DNA of 64,000 nucleotides. Source: a virus. Location: the IMG/VR virus record IMGVR_UViG_3300034954_001540, positions 1 to 64,000 of that record. The stretch is one strand, 5' to 3'. The notes beneath the pieces were generated by a model that was not told the DNA's origin, ran no database searches, and worked only from the letters and a program-made list of their open reading frames with translations. Each line of letters begins with the position of its first letter. Position 1 is the first letter of the stretch. Positions 1 through 8,420 of this stretch are shown in pieces. The position numbers and the translations under genes were made by a program.

Positions 1-84
1 GAAGCACAGTGGGACGTAGGTGATGTCTTAGAGTATTCAGAAGACATCGACGGATCTATTATCCTGAAGAAAGTGGTAACCTAA
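1..84 (+). CDS. 3' end of a small protein, possibly AbrB/MazE/SpoVT-like (partial)
   Basis: Frame 1 reads EAQWDVGDVLEYSEDIDGSIILKKVVT-stop. The W-x-x-GD-x-L ... G-x-I-x-L-K pattern fits the C-terminal half of a swapped-hairpin domain. Confidence 0.5.
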   Translation, partial: EAQWDVGDVLEYSEDIDGSIILKKVVT

Positions 85-113
85 AAAATCCGCGAAAAAC
101 CGCGTCCCAAATT

Positions 114-404
114 ATGAATGAAACTCCTAAGTTTGAAACCCTCGAAGATTATACTAATTGGGGGTTTGAGCAACTATCACAAGCATTAGTGCAACTGACT
201 AATCGCGTAACCGCATTAGAGCAGGCACTACAAAAGTTTCCACCGCCTGGTGCGGATATGATCAAATATAAGATTCCCGAGCGTGATGATTACAGTAATC
301 TGAAGGAATTGCTTGATAACCTATACGATCGTATTCGTAACCTAGAAGACCAGAGAGATGAGCTAAGCACCCGTCTAAATACCTTGGAAGGTTTAGACCA
401 CTAA
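114..404 (+). CDS. hypothetical coiled-coil protein
   Basis: 96-aa ATG ORF with heptad-like helices, on the same strand as all neighbours. Confidence 0.75.
   Translation: MNETPKFETLEDYTNWGFEQLSQALVQLTNRVTALEQALQKFPPPGADMIKYKIPERDDYSNLKELLDNLYDRIRNLEDQRDELSTRLNTLEGLDH
375..381 (+). promoter_or_regulatory. putative T4-type late promoter (CTAAATA)
   Basis: TAAATA core 30 nt upstream of the ATG at 411. The same motif precedes other structural genes. Confidence 0.5.
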
Positions 405-410
405 TTTGTA

Positions 411-3400
411 ATGCCTGCTTATCTCCAAGAGTCTGCTCGGAGTTTTCCTAATCCCATTTCGGGAGAAGAGTATAATACAATCTGGAAAAGACCATCTAGT
501 GGAGACTATGAAAGTCACTCCTCTGGTAACGGACTTGGCACGGGCACAGACTATTTCATTACCTTTGAGGGTAGCGGACCTGGCTCCTATCCTCTGGGGA
601 AAGATGCTGTACACTATATCGGTGATCAAGAAGAGACCTGCATAGCAAACTGCGGATATACCCGTGCGCCAGTATACAGATGGTATCGCGGAGCAAAGCG
701 CGATCACAAGTATACAAAGAAACCTGAGATGATCGAGGCAGATGCAGGTTGTGAGAATGAATCGTGGAAGAAGATATCAAGTGGATACAATCATGAGCCT
801 AGGAAAGGCACTCCATACTTCTTCTGTCTAGATCGTCAGCAAGAAGGTGCTGTGCCACTTGTTATGTGGTATTCGTATTGGCCTGACAACTGTGTGTTAG
901 TTGCTGGCACTGGTAACCCACCTGGCGTTAATACAGGTTGCGGGAAAGGAAAGTATTATAAGTGTTACACCCTTGGATATATCTTCACCAATCTATCTGA
1001 TGCACAGGAGTATGGTGATGATGCTGTGCCTCTGTATCACTACCGCTATGGTAGTCAGAGTGCTAGTAAGGGTAAAGATATTGATGACTTCTATACAATC
1101 AACCCTGCTGGTGAGGTCAATCTAGAGGATAACCCTATTCCTTGTAGGAAACCCATGGATAGGGAATACCAGTATCAGGGTATCATTGGGTATGTCTACC
1201 CTGCAGACGCCCCCTCAGCGCCTCAGCAGCAGGTTATAGACGTTGGTAGGATTGGTCCTACTGGTCAGTGTGTAGATAAGACTGGTTGGTATGAGTTTGA
1301 TGACGAGACTGGACCATTTAACTGGAGAGTATACAACCGAGGAGGGTATCCTGGTGGTTATCCTAACGGTCCTGCAGGTGCAACGCCTGGTGTTATCGGT
1401 TTTGGTAACCCAGACAACGCTGAAATCATAAGTGCAGAGGCAAACTTTGAGTGGGCATACGGTCTTAACGGTGCAATCAAGGGAGCAGTGCCTCGTTTCT
1501 TAGGATTTGAGGATTCTTATGACTCACAATTCTATTATTATCTCTACGATACGACATATCCTTGGAATGGACCGCTGTTTGGCATTCAGTATGAGCTGAA
1601 TGACATCCCCTGCTGCCCTAATACTACTTGTAATGACGAGACTAGCGAGAGACCTAGACCCTGTTGTATCCCCAACGAGCATTTCTACTCCCATTTCTAT
1701 CAAATTAGACAAGACTCATGGGAGACTACTAAGACTAGATGTGTTTTGACTGATACATCTACCAATGGAGTTAACGAATCCTTTGAAACTATTGACACAG
1801 ACAGTCCTAGAGTCCTGTTTAGATACACAACACGGACTGGTGACTTCAATAGAGGTGAGGAAATCAACGGTTGGAATATCGTTTCTGTCTTTTATTACGG
1901 TGATCAACTCAAATGCGGGTTGATGGAGCTAGAAGGCGGCAGTAATGCCTTCACTTATCTCCAACAATTCACCTCTACGGACGGTGGCACGGTAGAAATT
2001 CTTGCTGGATACGGCATTGCTAACAAATGTGCGTTTGCTGGTGTGTATGAATTCCCTAAAAGAGTGTCATATTACAAGGTTGAGCTCTCTCCGAAGGCAC
2101 TTGTGCCCAATCGTACTCTAGATGAGGCGAAACTTGAGGCAATTATCAACAACAAAGGCGGGATTTCCGAGGTTGAGATCGTCAATAGCGGACGTGGTTA
2201 CTCTAAAAACGCAAAAGTTACCGCAATTACACCAAAAGTCCTCAACAATTTCTCTCCTACAGACACTACAGAGCACTTAGATGACCTAATCCGCAAAGAT
2301 TACAACGCTGAAGAGGCGATTGGATTCACAGAATCGGAGTTTTCGGGTGATGACCCCATCAAAGATGTGCAAGTTGCGTATGGAACCTTCAGTGGTGCGA
2401 CAGAATTCCCCACTGATCACGATGGAATCGCATCTAAGCTCAAAGCTGCGACACTAGAGATCGCCGCATTCGACGAAATTGGCGGTATTAAGAAGATTAG
2501 AGTGATTGATGGCGGTAGTGGATACTCTCAGGAAGAGCCACCCGACGTGTTTATTAGCGATCCTGAGTATATTGAGTATGAAAGTCCCGACATTGGCGAC
2601 ATTGCTGCGCTTGGACAGGGTATTTCTGACCAGTTTGAGTTTATGAATGACGGTATTCCCGTGGGTGAGGACCAAGATCCTAACTCTTGGATCAATACTA
2701 ACACTGGAAATGACTTTGGTGGCGCACCTACACAGTTTCAGAGTCTAGGTACTACTGGTATTGGCTCTGCAACCTCTCCTAATCAGGTTGCAAACACGGG
2801 TTTCACCATTATGAATACACCTATTGCCTCCGCAGCACCTGATTCCTACATTAGAATGGCGGAGATTGATGAAGAGAATGAGACAAAACTGTGTTTTGAC
2901 CTACCACCTAACTGTTTAGAGGTAGATGGTCGCGGTAATGTGCTCGATGCTATACCAAAAGAGGACTTCTGGGAGTTGGTTAGCGGTGTAAGTCCTGGTG
3001 TACGTGAGTTTGAGTCGCAAGTTATGCCTCAAGTATACCAAGGAGCGAAGGCACTAGACGAATATCAAGAGCAAACGTCGCATGTTTACGGTCCTTTCAA
3101 CAAAGATCGCTGTTTGACCATGGGTCAACCCAAGATTTACAACATCAGACGTTGGTTTGACATGCCATGTGCCTATGTGAGCACCATAGAAAGGGGATCA
3201 CAGACTCTTGACATGATTGAAAAGGGTAGAAACCTCTCTGATGAGCGTGCTTTCGGTTATTTGCCTTACAAATACTGCGCTTCTAAGATCAAAGAGGCAG
3301 AATTTAACGTCAGTATCATGGTTGAAGGTAAAGTTATTGGATCTATGGGTGAAGATTTCATGGATTACATGGATTCTTTCACAAAACCCAAGGTTACACC

Positions 3401-4295
3401 GCGCAGAAAGGTGTCTGGTGGTTACAAAACGTGGAATTGCAACAACGGAGACGTTGATGGACGCTGTTATCGCGATCCTGGCGACCCAAATGACATTATT
3501 TTCGTCCCAGTGGGTCTAGATGAGAATACTTTTGACTATAACCGTAATGGTTTTAGTGAATATGAGCAATTTAGACTTTGGTTGGGTGATAATTTGACTG
3601 GTGGTGGTCTAACTTCTGCTCAAACGACGTTTAGTTGGGTTGATGATGAGACAACTACGACTACAGATGAGAATGGAAATACATCTTCTTCCACTCAGAG
3701 TTACGGTGGCACTAATAGCACAGCGTATACTGCATTCACTGTGGACTGTAGTCCTGATCCTGGCAGCACCAACGTGCCTAACCATGATTGTTGGGATAAG
3801 TATGTGCGTGCCTCAGGAGCGCCCTCAGATGCCCCTCTAGACGTTTATTGTGGTTGGGATGCATCTGGTAACCCAATGTCAGGAGAGCGTTTCTGGGAGA
3901 TCAGAGGACCCGCTAACGGCACGAATCCTAGTGGACACACAACACCTACTGGACCAGTGAATCCCTTCTGTGCTTCTTGTGGAGGATCTGGATATACTGG
4001 TGGTCTGGTTTGGAGTTATCTTGGCGGTGGCGGTGGACCTCCTGCTTGTGGTCTAAGTAGTGTTAATGATGCATCCATCGCTATTGACCCAACGAGGATA
4101 TATCAGAATTCTGATGGAGACAAAGCATTTAAGATGGGATCTTACAGTGGCACAATGCGTGTAAGGAATTGGTTGACTGGTGGTGTCCAAGCACTTAGCA
4201 ACTCTCTTAAAAACTTTGGTAACCCATATTTCTCTGAATGTGATGTTGCTCGCCCAGACGAGGCAGGTAAACGAATTAACCAAGAGTTTGAATAA
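411..4295 (+). CDS. Cys-rich virion structural protein (baseplate hub/tail region)
   Basis: 1294 aa. N-terminal PLY(R/H)Y...YT...GY(I/V) repeats (DUF5648-like). IVNSGRGY and VIDGGSGY repeats are shared with the other structural proteins. Lies directly upstream of the PAAR-like gene and gp25. Confidence 0.7.
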   Translation: MPAYLQESARSFPNPISGEEYNTIWKRPSSGDYESHSSGNGLGTGTDYFITFEGSGPGSYPLGKDAVHYIGDQEETCIANCGYTRAPVYRWYRGAKRDHKYTKKPEMIEADAGCENESWKKISSGYNHEPRKGTPYFFCLDRQQEGAVPLVMWYSYWPDNCVLVAGTGNPPGVNTGCGKGKYYKCYTLGYIFTNLSDAQEYGDDAVPLYHYRYGSQSASKGKDIDDFYTINPAGEVNLEDNPIPCRKPMDREYQYQGIIGYVYPADAPSAPQQQVIDVGRIGPTGQCVDKTGWYEFDDETGPFNWRVYNRGGYPGGYPNGPAGATPGVIGFGNPDNAEIISAEANFEWAYGLNGAIKGAVPRFLGFEDSYDSQFYYYLYDTTYPWNGPLFGIQYELNDIPCCPNTTCNDETSERPRPCCIPNEHFYSHFYQIRQDSWETTKTRCVLTDTSTNGVNESFETIDTDSPRVLFRYTTRTGDFNRGEEINGWNIVSVFYYGDQLKCGLMELEGGSNAFTYLQQFTSTDGGTVEILAGYGIANKCAFAGVYEFPKRVSYYKVELSPKALVPNRTLDEAKLEAIINNKGGISEVEIVNSGRGYSKNAKVTAITPKVLNNFSPTDTTEHLDDLIRKDYNAEEAIGFTESEFSGDDPIKDVQVAYGTFSGATEFPTDHDGIASKLKAATLEIAAFDEIGGIKKIRVIDGGSGYSQEEPPDVFISDPEYIEYESPDIGDIAALGQGISDQFEFMNDGIPVGEDQDPNSWINTNTGNDFGGAPTQFQSLGTTGIGSATSPNQVANTGFTIMNTPIASAAPDSYIRMAEIDEENETKLCFDLPPNCLEVDGRGNVLDAIPKEDFWELVSGVSPGVREFESQVMPQVYQGAKALDEYQEQTSHVYGPFNKDRCLTMGQPKIYNIRRWFDMPCAYVSTIERGSQTLDMIEKGRNLSDERAFGYLPYKYCASKIKEAEFNVSIMVEGKVIGSMGEDFMDYMDSFTKPKVTPRRKVSGGYKTWNCNNGDVDGRCYRDPGDPNDIIFVPVGLDENTFDYNRNGFSEYEQFRLWLGDNLTGGGLTSAQTTFSWVDDETTTTTDENGNTSSSTQSYGGTNSTAYTAFTVDCSPDPGSTNVPNHDCWDKYVRASGAPSDAPLDVYCGWDASGNPMSGERFWEIRGPANGTNPSGHTTPTGPVNPFCASCGGSGYTGGLVWSYLGGGGGPPACGLSSVNDASIAIDPTRIYQNSDGDKAFKMGSYSGTMRVRNWLTGGVQALSNSLKNFGNPYFSECDVARPDEAGKRINQEFE

Positions 4296-4828
4296 TGGCA
4301 TACGGATTTCTTAAACCAGTTGCATCACTGAATGGTCTGCCTTGCTCAGGTCATGGTCTTTGTTTGCCTTCTACTGTCCACTCAGTGCAAGCGTGTGGCA
4401 CCCCTCCAGTGCCCTACAGCATCGTCATTAAGAATTTTACATGTTGGTGGCCACCCACACCTCTAATTCCACTTTCAGCAATTAACCCAATTAGAGCAAC
4501 AGTGCTGGTGCAGTTTATCCCCATCATGATTGGTGGTGATACGTTTACCCCACACATCGCATTGTGTACAAACATTGTGATTTACATCTGCCCTTGTGGT
4601 AAGAGTATGTGTCCTATCCCCACACCTATTGCTTGTAGCATACTGACATCTGAGGACTTTGGTGGTGCAGGACATACTAGGGTCCTCTTCCCAACTACCC
4701 TGACAGTTTTTGCATTTAAGATCCCTATTGCGAGGATCCTAGACCCACTGGGTGTTGGTTTTCCAGGATTCTCATATCCATGCTCTTCGGTGGTTGCATT
4801 TGGGCACCCAACTGTGTTAGCATCATAG
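4295..4828 (+). CDS. PAAR-like baseplate spike-tip protein (T4 gp5.4 analogue)
   Basis: CSGHG near the N-terminus, TVLV...PIMIGGD-x-FTPH, GH-x-R, PIARILD and a C-terminal C...GHPTVL. Position upstream of gp25. Confidence 0.7.
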   Translation: MAYGFLKPVASLNGLPCSGHGLCLPSTVHSVQACGTPPVPYSIVIKNFTCWWPPTPLIPLSAINPIRATVLVQFIPIMIGGDTFTPHIALCTNIVIYICPCGKSMCPIPTPIACSILTSEDFGGAGHTRVLFPTTLTVFAFKIPIARILDPLGVGFPGFSYPCSSVVAFGHPTVLAS

Positions 4829-4847
4829 AGTAGTTTCAAAAAAGGTT

Positions 4848-4997
4848 ATGCCTGCAAAAGCAAAGACTGGTTTGGTAAAAGATGGTTGGCTTCCTGCTAG
4901 ACCCAAGGTAACTCGACAAGGGTCCTCTAAAAATACTAAATATTCGGCAACGTCCCGTAATAGTAAAGGTAAGCGTTATCGTGGTCAGGGTCGATGA
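4848..4997 (+). CDS. small basic hypothetical protein (49 aa)
   Basis: Not in the ORF track. Reads MPAKAKTGLVKDGW...SRNSKGKRYRGQGR and its stop overlaps the next ATG (ATGA). Confidence 0.7.
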   Translation: MPAKAKTGLVKDGWLPARPKVTRQGSSKNTKYSATSRNSKGKRYRGQGR

Positions 4998-5176
4998 GAC
5001 CCGAAACCCGAGAAGCGATGGAAATGCTTTGGAGTGCTAAGTGGAATCTTCCTAAAGCAGCGAAGCATTGTAATCTCACCAATAAAGAGATGAAGATTAC
5101 CTTTAACGAGTATTGTGCTTTCCATCCACCAACATATAGTTATGAAAAGGAAACTGAATTTCATCTCCCAAGATAA
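4994..5176 (+). CDS. small hypothetical protein, possibly helix-turn-helix
   Basis: 60 aa with WNLPKAAKHCNLT-x-KEM. Start coupled to the previous stop. CTAAATA at 4936-4942 upstream. Confidence 0.65.
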   Translation: MRPETREAMEMLWSAKWNLPKAAKHCNLTNKEMKITFNEYCAFHPPTYSYEKETEFHLPR

Positions 5177-5663
5177 AGAGATAGCACTAATTCAGGAAAT
5201 GATCTATAGGATTCAAATGGCGGATCCTGACATTCATCCTAAAAGGACCTGCTTCCTTTGTGTCTCACCTGACTATTCAAGTGTCGTGGCTCAACATCTG
5301 AGCCATGCCCTGAGTAAAGATGGTGAGATTTACCACATAGAAGCAGTAAATGTCCCTTTCCCAGACGAATCACATGAGTCTTATCTTGAGACATTCATTG
5401 ATCGATTCTCGGAATGGACAATCGACTGGGACAACTTTGTATTGATTGAGGCAGGTGTCATCAGAGGTGGCAACTACACTTGGATCACTGAGGCAATGAA
5501 TAAGTATCAGATATACGGTGATCGCCCCAACTACACTGTTGCTCTCTGCGAAAACACTGGAAGCAAATTCAAATCAGATTTTGTTTCTCATTATTATGAC
5601 AATTCCAAGGAAGATTTACACTTCTGGTGGGAACGTCCTAACAACCATTGGGAATGCCCATAA
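5142..5663 (+). CDS. phosphoribosyltransferase-fold protein
   Basis: Likely start is the ATG at 5142. FVLIEAGVIRGGNY resembles the type I PRTase PRPP loop, and the C-terminal SDFV...LHFWWE resembles HPRT/XPRT ends. Confidence 0.55.
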   Translation: MKRKLNFISQDKEIALIQEMIYRIQMADPDIHPKRTCFLCVSPDYSSVVAQHLSHALSKDGEIYHIEAVNVPFPDESHESYLETFIDRFSEWTIDWDNFVLIEAGVIRGGNYTWITEAMNKYQIYGDRPNYTVALCENTGSKFKSDFVSHYYDNSKEDLHFWWERPNNHWECP

Positions 5664-5666
5664 ATA
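5660..5666 (+). promoter_or_regulatory. putative late promoter (ATAAATA)
   Basis: Motif overlaps the stop of the previous ORF, upstream of the GTG at 5691. Confidence 0.55.
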
Positions 5667-5690
5667 AAAATACCGTGTGGAGGAAGAAAA

Positions 5691-5837
5691 GTGGCTAACA
5701 GTCCTGTGCCTGATCAGAGTGCTGATTTCATTAAGTCGGGGATGGTGCTAATAACCGACCCTCGCAGTGATAAATACCTTCATAAGGTGAATCGTAATGT
5801 CCGCCCACCTGAGAGACAAAAGAAAAAAGAGGGTTAA
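5691..5837 (+). CDS. small hypothetical protein (48 aa)
   Basis: GTG start after GGAGG. Reads MANSPVPDQSADFIKSGMVLITDPRSDKYL... and its stop abuts the gp25 ATG. Confidence 0.6.
   Translation: MANSPVPDQSADFIKSGMVLITDPRSDKYLHKVNRNVRPPERQKKKEG
5770..5776 (+). promoter_or_regulatory. putative late promoter for gp25 (ATAAATA)
   Basis: Motif about 60 nt upstream of the gp25 start. Confidence 0.5.
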
Positions 5838-6251
5838 ATGCCTGCTTACAGATTTAGATCAGACCAATACGTCAGTAGAGGATTTAAGGATTTAGCAATT
5901 TCCTTTAATGCCAATCCCTCTACTGACGATTTTGGTGCTGTTAAGAATGAGAGAGCGATCAATCAATCTGTAAGAAATTTATTATTGACTATATTAGGTG
6001 AAAGACCATTTCAACCCAACATCGGGAGTCGGGTGAAAGGTCTTCTTTTTGAGCCATGGGATCCATTCTCTAAAGATGCGATCAAAACTGAAATCAAAGA
6101 TTGTCTCGGAAGACTTGAGCCACGAATCACTGTCCAAGATGTCCGTATTCGTGACAACAGTGATTTGAATGAAATTCAAGTTGAGCTCGAATATAAGATT
6201 ACGGGTGAGAATACTACCCAAGAAGTAACATTCCTCTTAGAGAAGACCTGA
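5838..6251 (+). CDS. g25: baseplate wedge subunit gp25
   Basis: AINQSVRNLLLTILGERPFQPNIGS...LFEP...EPRI is the GPW/gp25 signature. Confidence 0.93.
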   Translation: MPAYRFRSDQYVSRGFKDLAISFNANPSTDDFGAVKNERAINQSVRNLLLTILGERPFQPNIGSRVKGLLFEPWDPFSKDAIKTEIKDCLGRLEPRITVQDVRIRDNSDLNEIQVELEYKITGENTTQEVTFLLEKT

Positions 6252-6252
6252 A

Positions 6253-8415
6253 ATGGCAGCTATCCCATCACAATTAACATCTCTAGACTTCTTTGAGATT
6301 AAGGAGTCTATTAAGTCCTACCTTCGTACTCGTAAAGAGTTTACTGACTACGACTTTGAGGGTAGTGCTGCGTCGTATCTGATCGATATCCTCGCTTATA
6401 ACACATATTATACCGCATTCAACGCAAACATGGCGCTGAATGAGGCATTTCTTGAGACTGCTACGGTTAGAGATAACGTTGTCCGCATTGCAAAGCAGTT
6501 AAATTACACTCCTAGGTCAATTAAAGCGCCAAGAGCGTGTGTAACTATCCGCGTCCAGACACAAGTGTCGCTGAATGGCACTACATATCCTGAATTCTGC
6601 ACTCTAAAAGCGGGAGATGTGTTTGTTGCCCGCAACTTTAATGATACATACACCTTCTGTGTGACTCGTGACCTCCAAACTACCGTAGATCCCGCAACTG
6701 GTATCGCGGTGTTTGACCCTGTGCTCGTTTATCAGGGTAACCTGCTCAAGTATAACTACACAGTTGACTATACGAAGAAGCAAGACTACGTTATCCCCAC
6801 TGAAGATGTAGATACTCAGTTGGTTTACGTCGATATCTCTCCCAACGCACAGTCAACAGAGATTGACACATATAATCTTGCTGCAAACGTAACTACACTC
6901 AACAGCACCTCTCGTGTTTACTTCCTTGAGGAGACTGATGACCTCAGATACCGCCTAGTCTTTGGTGATGGCGTCCTTGGACGTAAATTGATCGATGGTG
7001 AATACATTAGATTGTCGTATGTGACCACTTTTGGTGAAGAAGCAAACGGTTGTAAGGATTTTGCCTTCATTGGCACCATCAGAGACAGTGATGGTCGCGC
7101 AATCGCTCCCGCAAACATCGCAGTTGTTACTAGAGAGTCTGCTGCAGACGGTGAGCAGCGCGAAAGTGCGCTATCAGTCAAGTTTAGAGCGCCAAGATCC
7201 TTCTCTACCCAAAACAGAGCGGTAACGGAAACAGATTATGAGCATATCGTCTCAGAGATCTATCCTCAGGCGGCATCTGTGACCGCATACGGTGGTGAAA
7301 AACTATCTCCACCCATTTACGGTAAAGTTTACGTTGCCATTCGTCCCAAAACAGGAAACAAACTGAATGAGACGACAAAAGCAAAGATTAAAAATGATTT
7401 GAAGCGTTATACGGTTGCATCAATCGATCCTGTGATCATTGATCCTACTATTTTCTACGTTATCCCCAAATCTTACGTTTACTACGACGGAAACAACACT
7501 AATAAGAGTGGTGCTCAACTCGGAAGTGACGTTTTGCGTAATATTGACCAATTTAACAAGAATGGTCAGAATAATCGCTTTGGTGGTCGTATCGATACGT
7601 CGAAATACAACACGATGGTCGATAATAGTGATCCTGCGATCTCTGGCACCGTTACTCAAATGACTATTGGTCAAAATCTTGACCAATTTGAGTTTGGTAG
7701 CGTATTTACTCAATGTCTTGACTTTGGAAACCCACTTTACAATCCTGGCGACTATTCTGGCACCCCAGAAGGTGGAAATACCTGTAGCACTGACTCAGAT
7801 TGCCCAGAAGGTCAAATTTGTAAGGATGGTAAGTGTGTAGACGAGGGAGATAGCGGCACTTGTGCTCCTTCCTTCTCTGTAGTCAAATCTGGCACCTTCT
7901 ATGCAACAGGATACAGCGAAGATCTTGTTAATTTGACTATGGCAGGTAGTGGCACAAATGCTACCACTGCTGTTTCGTCTTCTAACTCCATTACTGGTGA
8001 AAATCAAGTTTTGGTGCCTGTAAACATTAGAGATGACGGTAAAGGCAATCTTATTCTTGTCACCAAAAGAGATGAGGTTGAAGTAACGTTAAATAACTCA
8101 GTTGGTAGCGTTGATTACGGTAGCGGACAAGTTTGTGTTGGTCCTATTGCAATCCAAGGCACTCCTGACGATACTACCCGTCTTCCTATTCAAGTATTGC
8201 CTTATGGTGGATCTATTAACATTCCACCTGGCGTTGATCCCACATTGTTTGATGTTGAGGCTTTCCCAATCGATTGGAAAACCAACGACATCTCAATCCC
8301 CAACTTCGATCCCAACAACTTCAATGGTTATAACTTCGGTGATCCAAGCGGAATAAATATCATTGATTATCCTTCGGATACCTTCACATATCCAGTAGAT
8401 TCCTCCTGTTTCTGA
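6253..8415 (+). CDS. g6: baseplate wedge subunit gp6
   Basis: LDFFEIKESIKSYL...FTDYDFEGS...LAYNTYY...NEAFLETAT, FGDGVLG and QNRAVT-x-x-DY. Confidence 0.93.
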   Translation: MAAIPSQLTSLDFFEIKESIKSYLRTRKEFTDYDFEGSAASYLIDILAYNTYYTAFNANMALNEAFLETATVRDNVVRIAKQLNYTPRSIKAPRACVTIRVQTQVSLNGTTYPEFCTLKAGDVFVARNFNDTYTFCVTRDLQTTVDPATGIAVFDPVLVYQGNLLKYNYTVDYTKKQDYVIPTEDVDTQLVYVDISPNAQSTEIDTYNLAANVTTLNSTSRVYFLEETDDLRYRLVFGDGVLGRKLIDGEYIRLSYVTTFGEEANGCKDFAFIGTIRDSDGRAIAPANIAVVTRESAADGEQRESALSVKFRAPRSFSTQNRAVTETDYEHIVSEIYPQAASVTAYGGEKLSPPIYGKVYVAIRPKTGNKLNETTKAKIKNDLKRYTVASIDPVIIDPTIFYVIPKSYVYYDGNNTNKSGAQLGSDVLRNIDQFNKNGQNNRFGGRIDTSKYNTMVDNSDPAISGTVTQMTIGQNLDQFEFGSVFTQCLDFGNPLYNPGDYSGTPEGGNTCSTDSDCPEGQICKDGKCVDEGDSGTCAPSFSVVKSGTFYATGYSEDLVNLTMAGSGTNATTAVSSSNSITGENQVLVPVNIRDDGKGNLILVTKRDEVEVTLNNSVGSVDYGSGQVCVGPIAIQGTPDDTTRLPIQVLPYGGSINIPPGVDPTLFDVEAFPIDWKTNDISIPNFDPNNFNGYNFGDPSGINIIDYPSDTFTYPVDSSCF

Positions 8416-8420
8416 GATAG

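Noticed and set aside
85-113. CCGCG direct repeat / small CGCG hairpin in the first intergenic gap
   Set aside because: The stem is only 4 bp with no U-tract, so no function can be supported.
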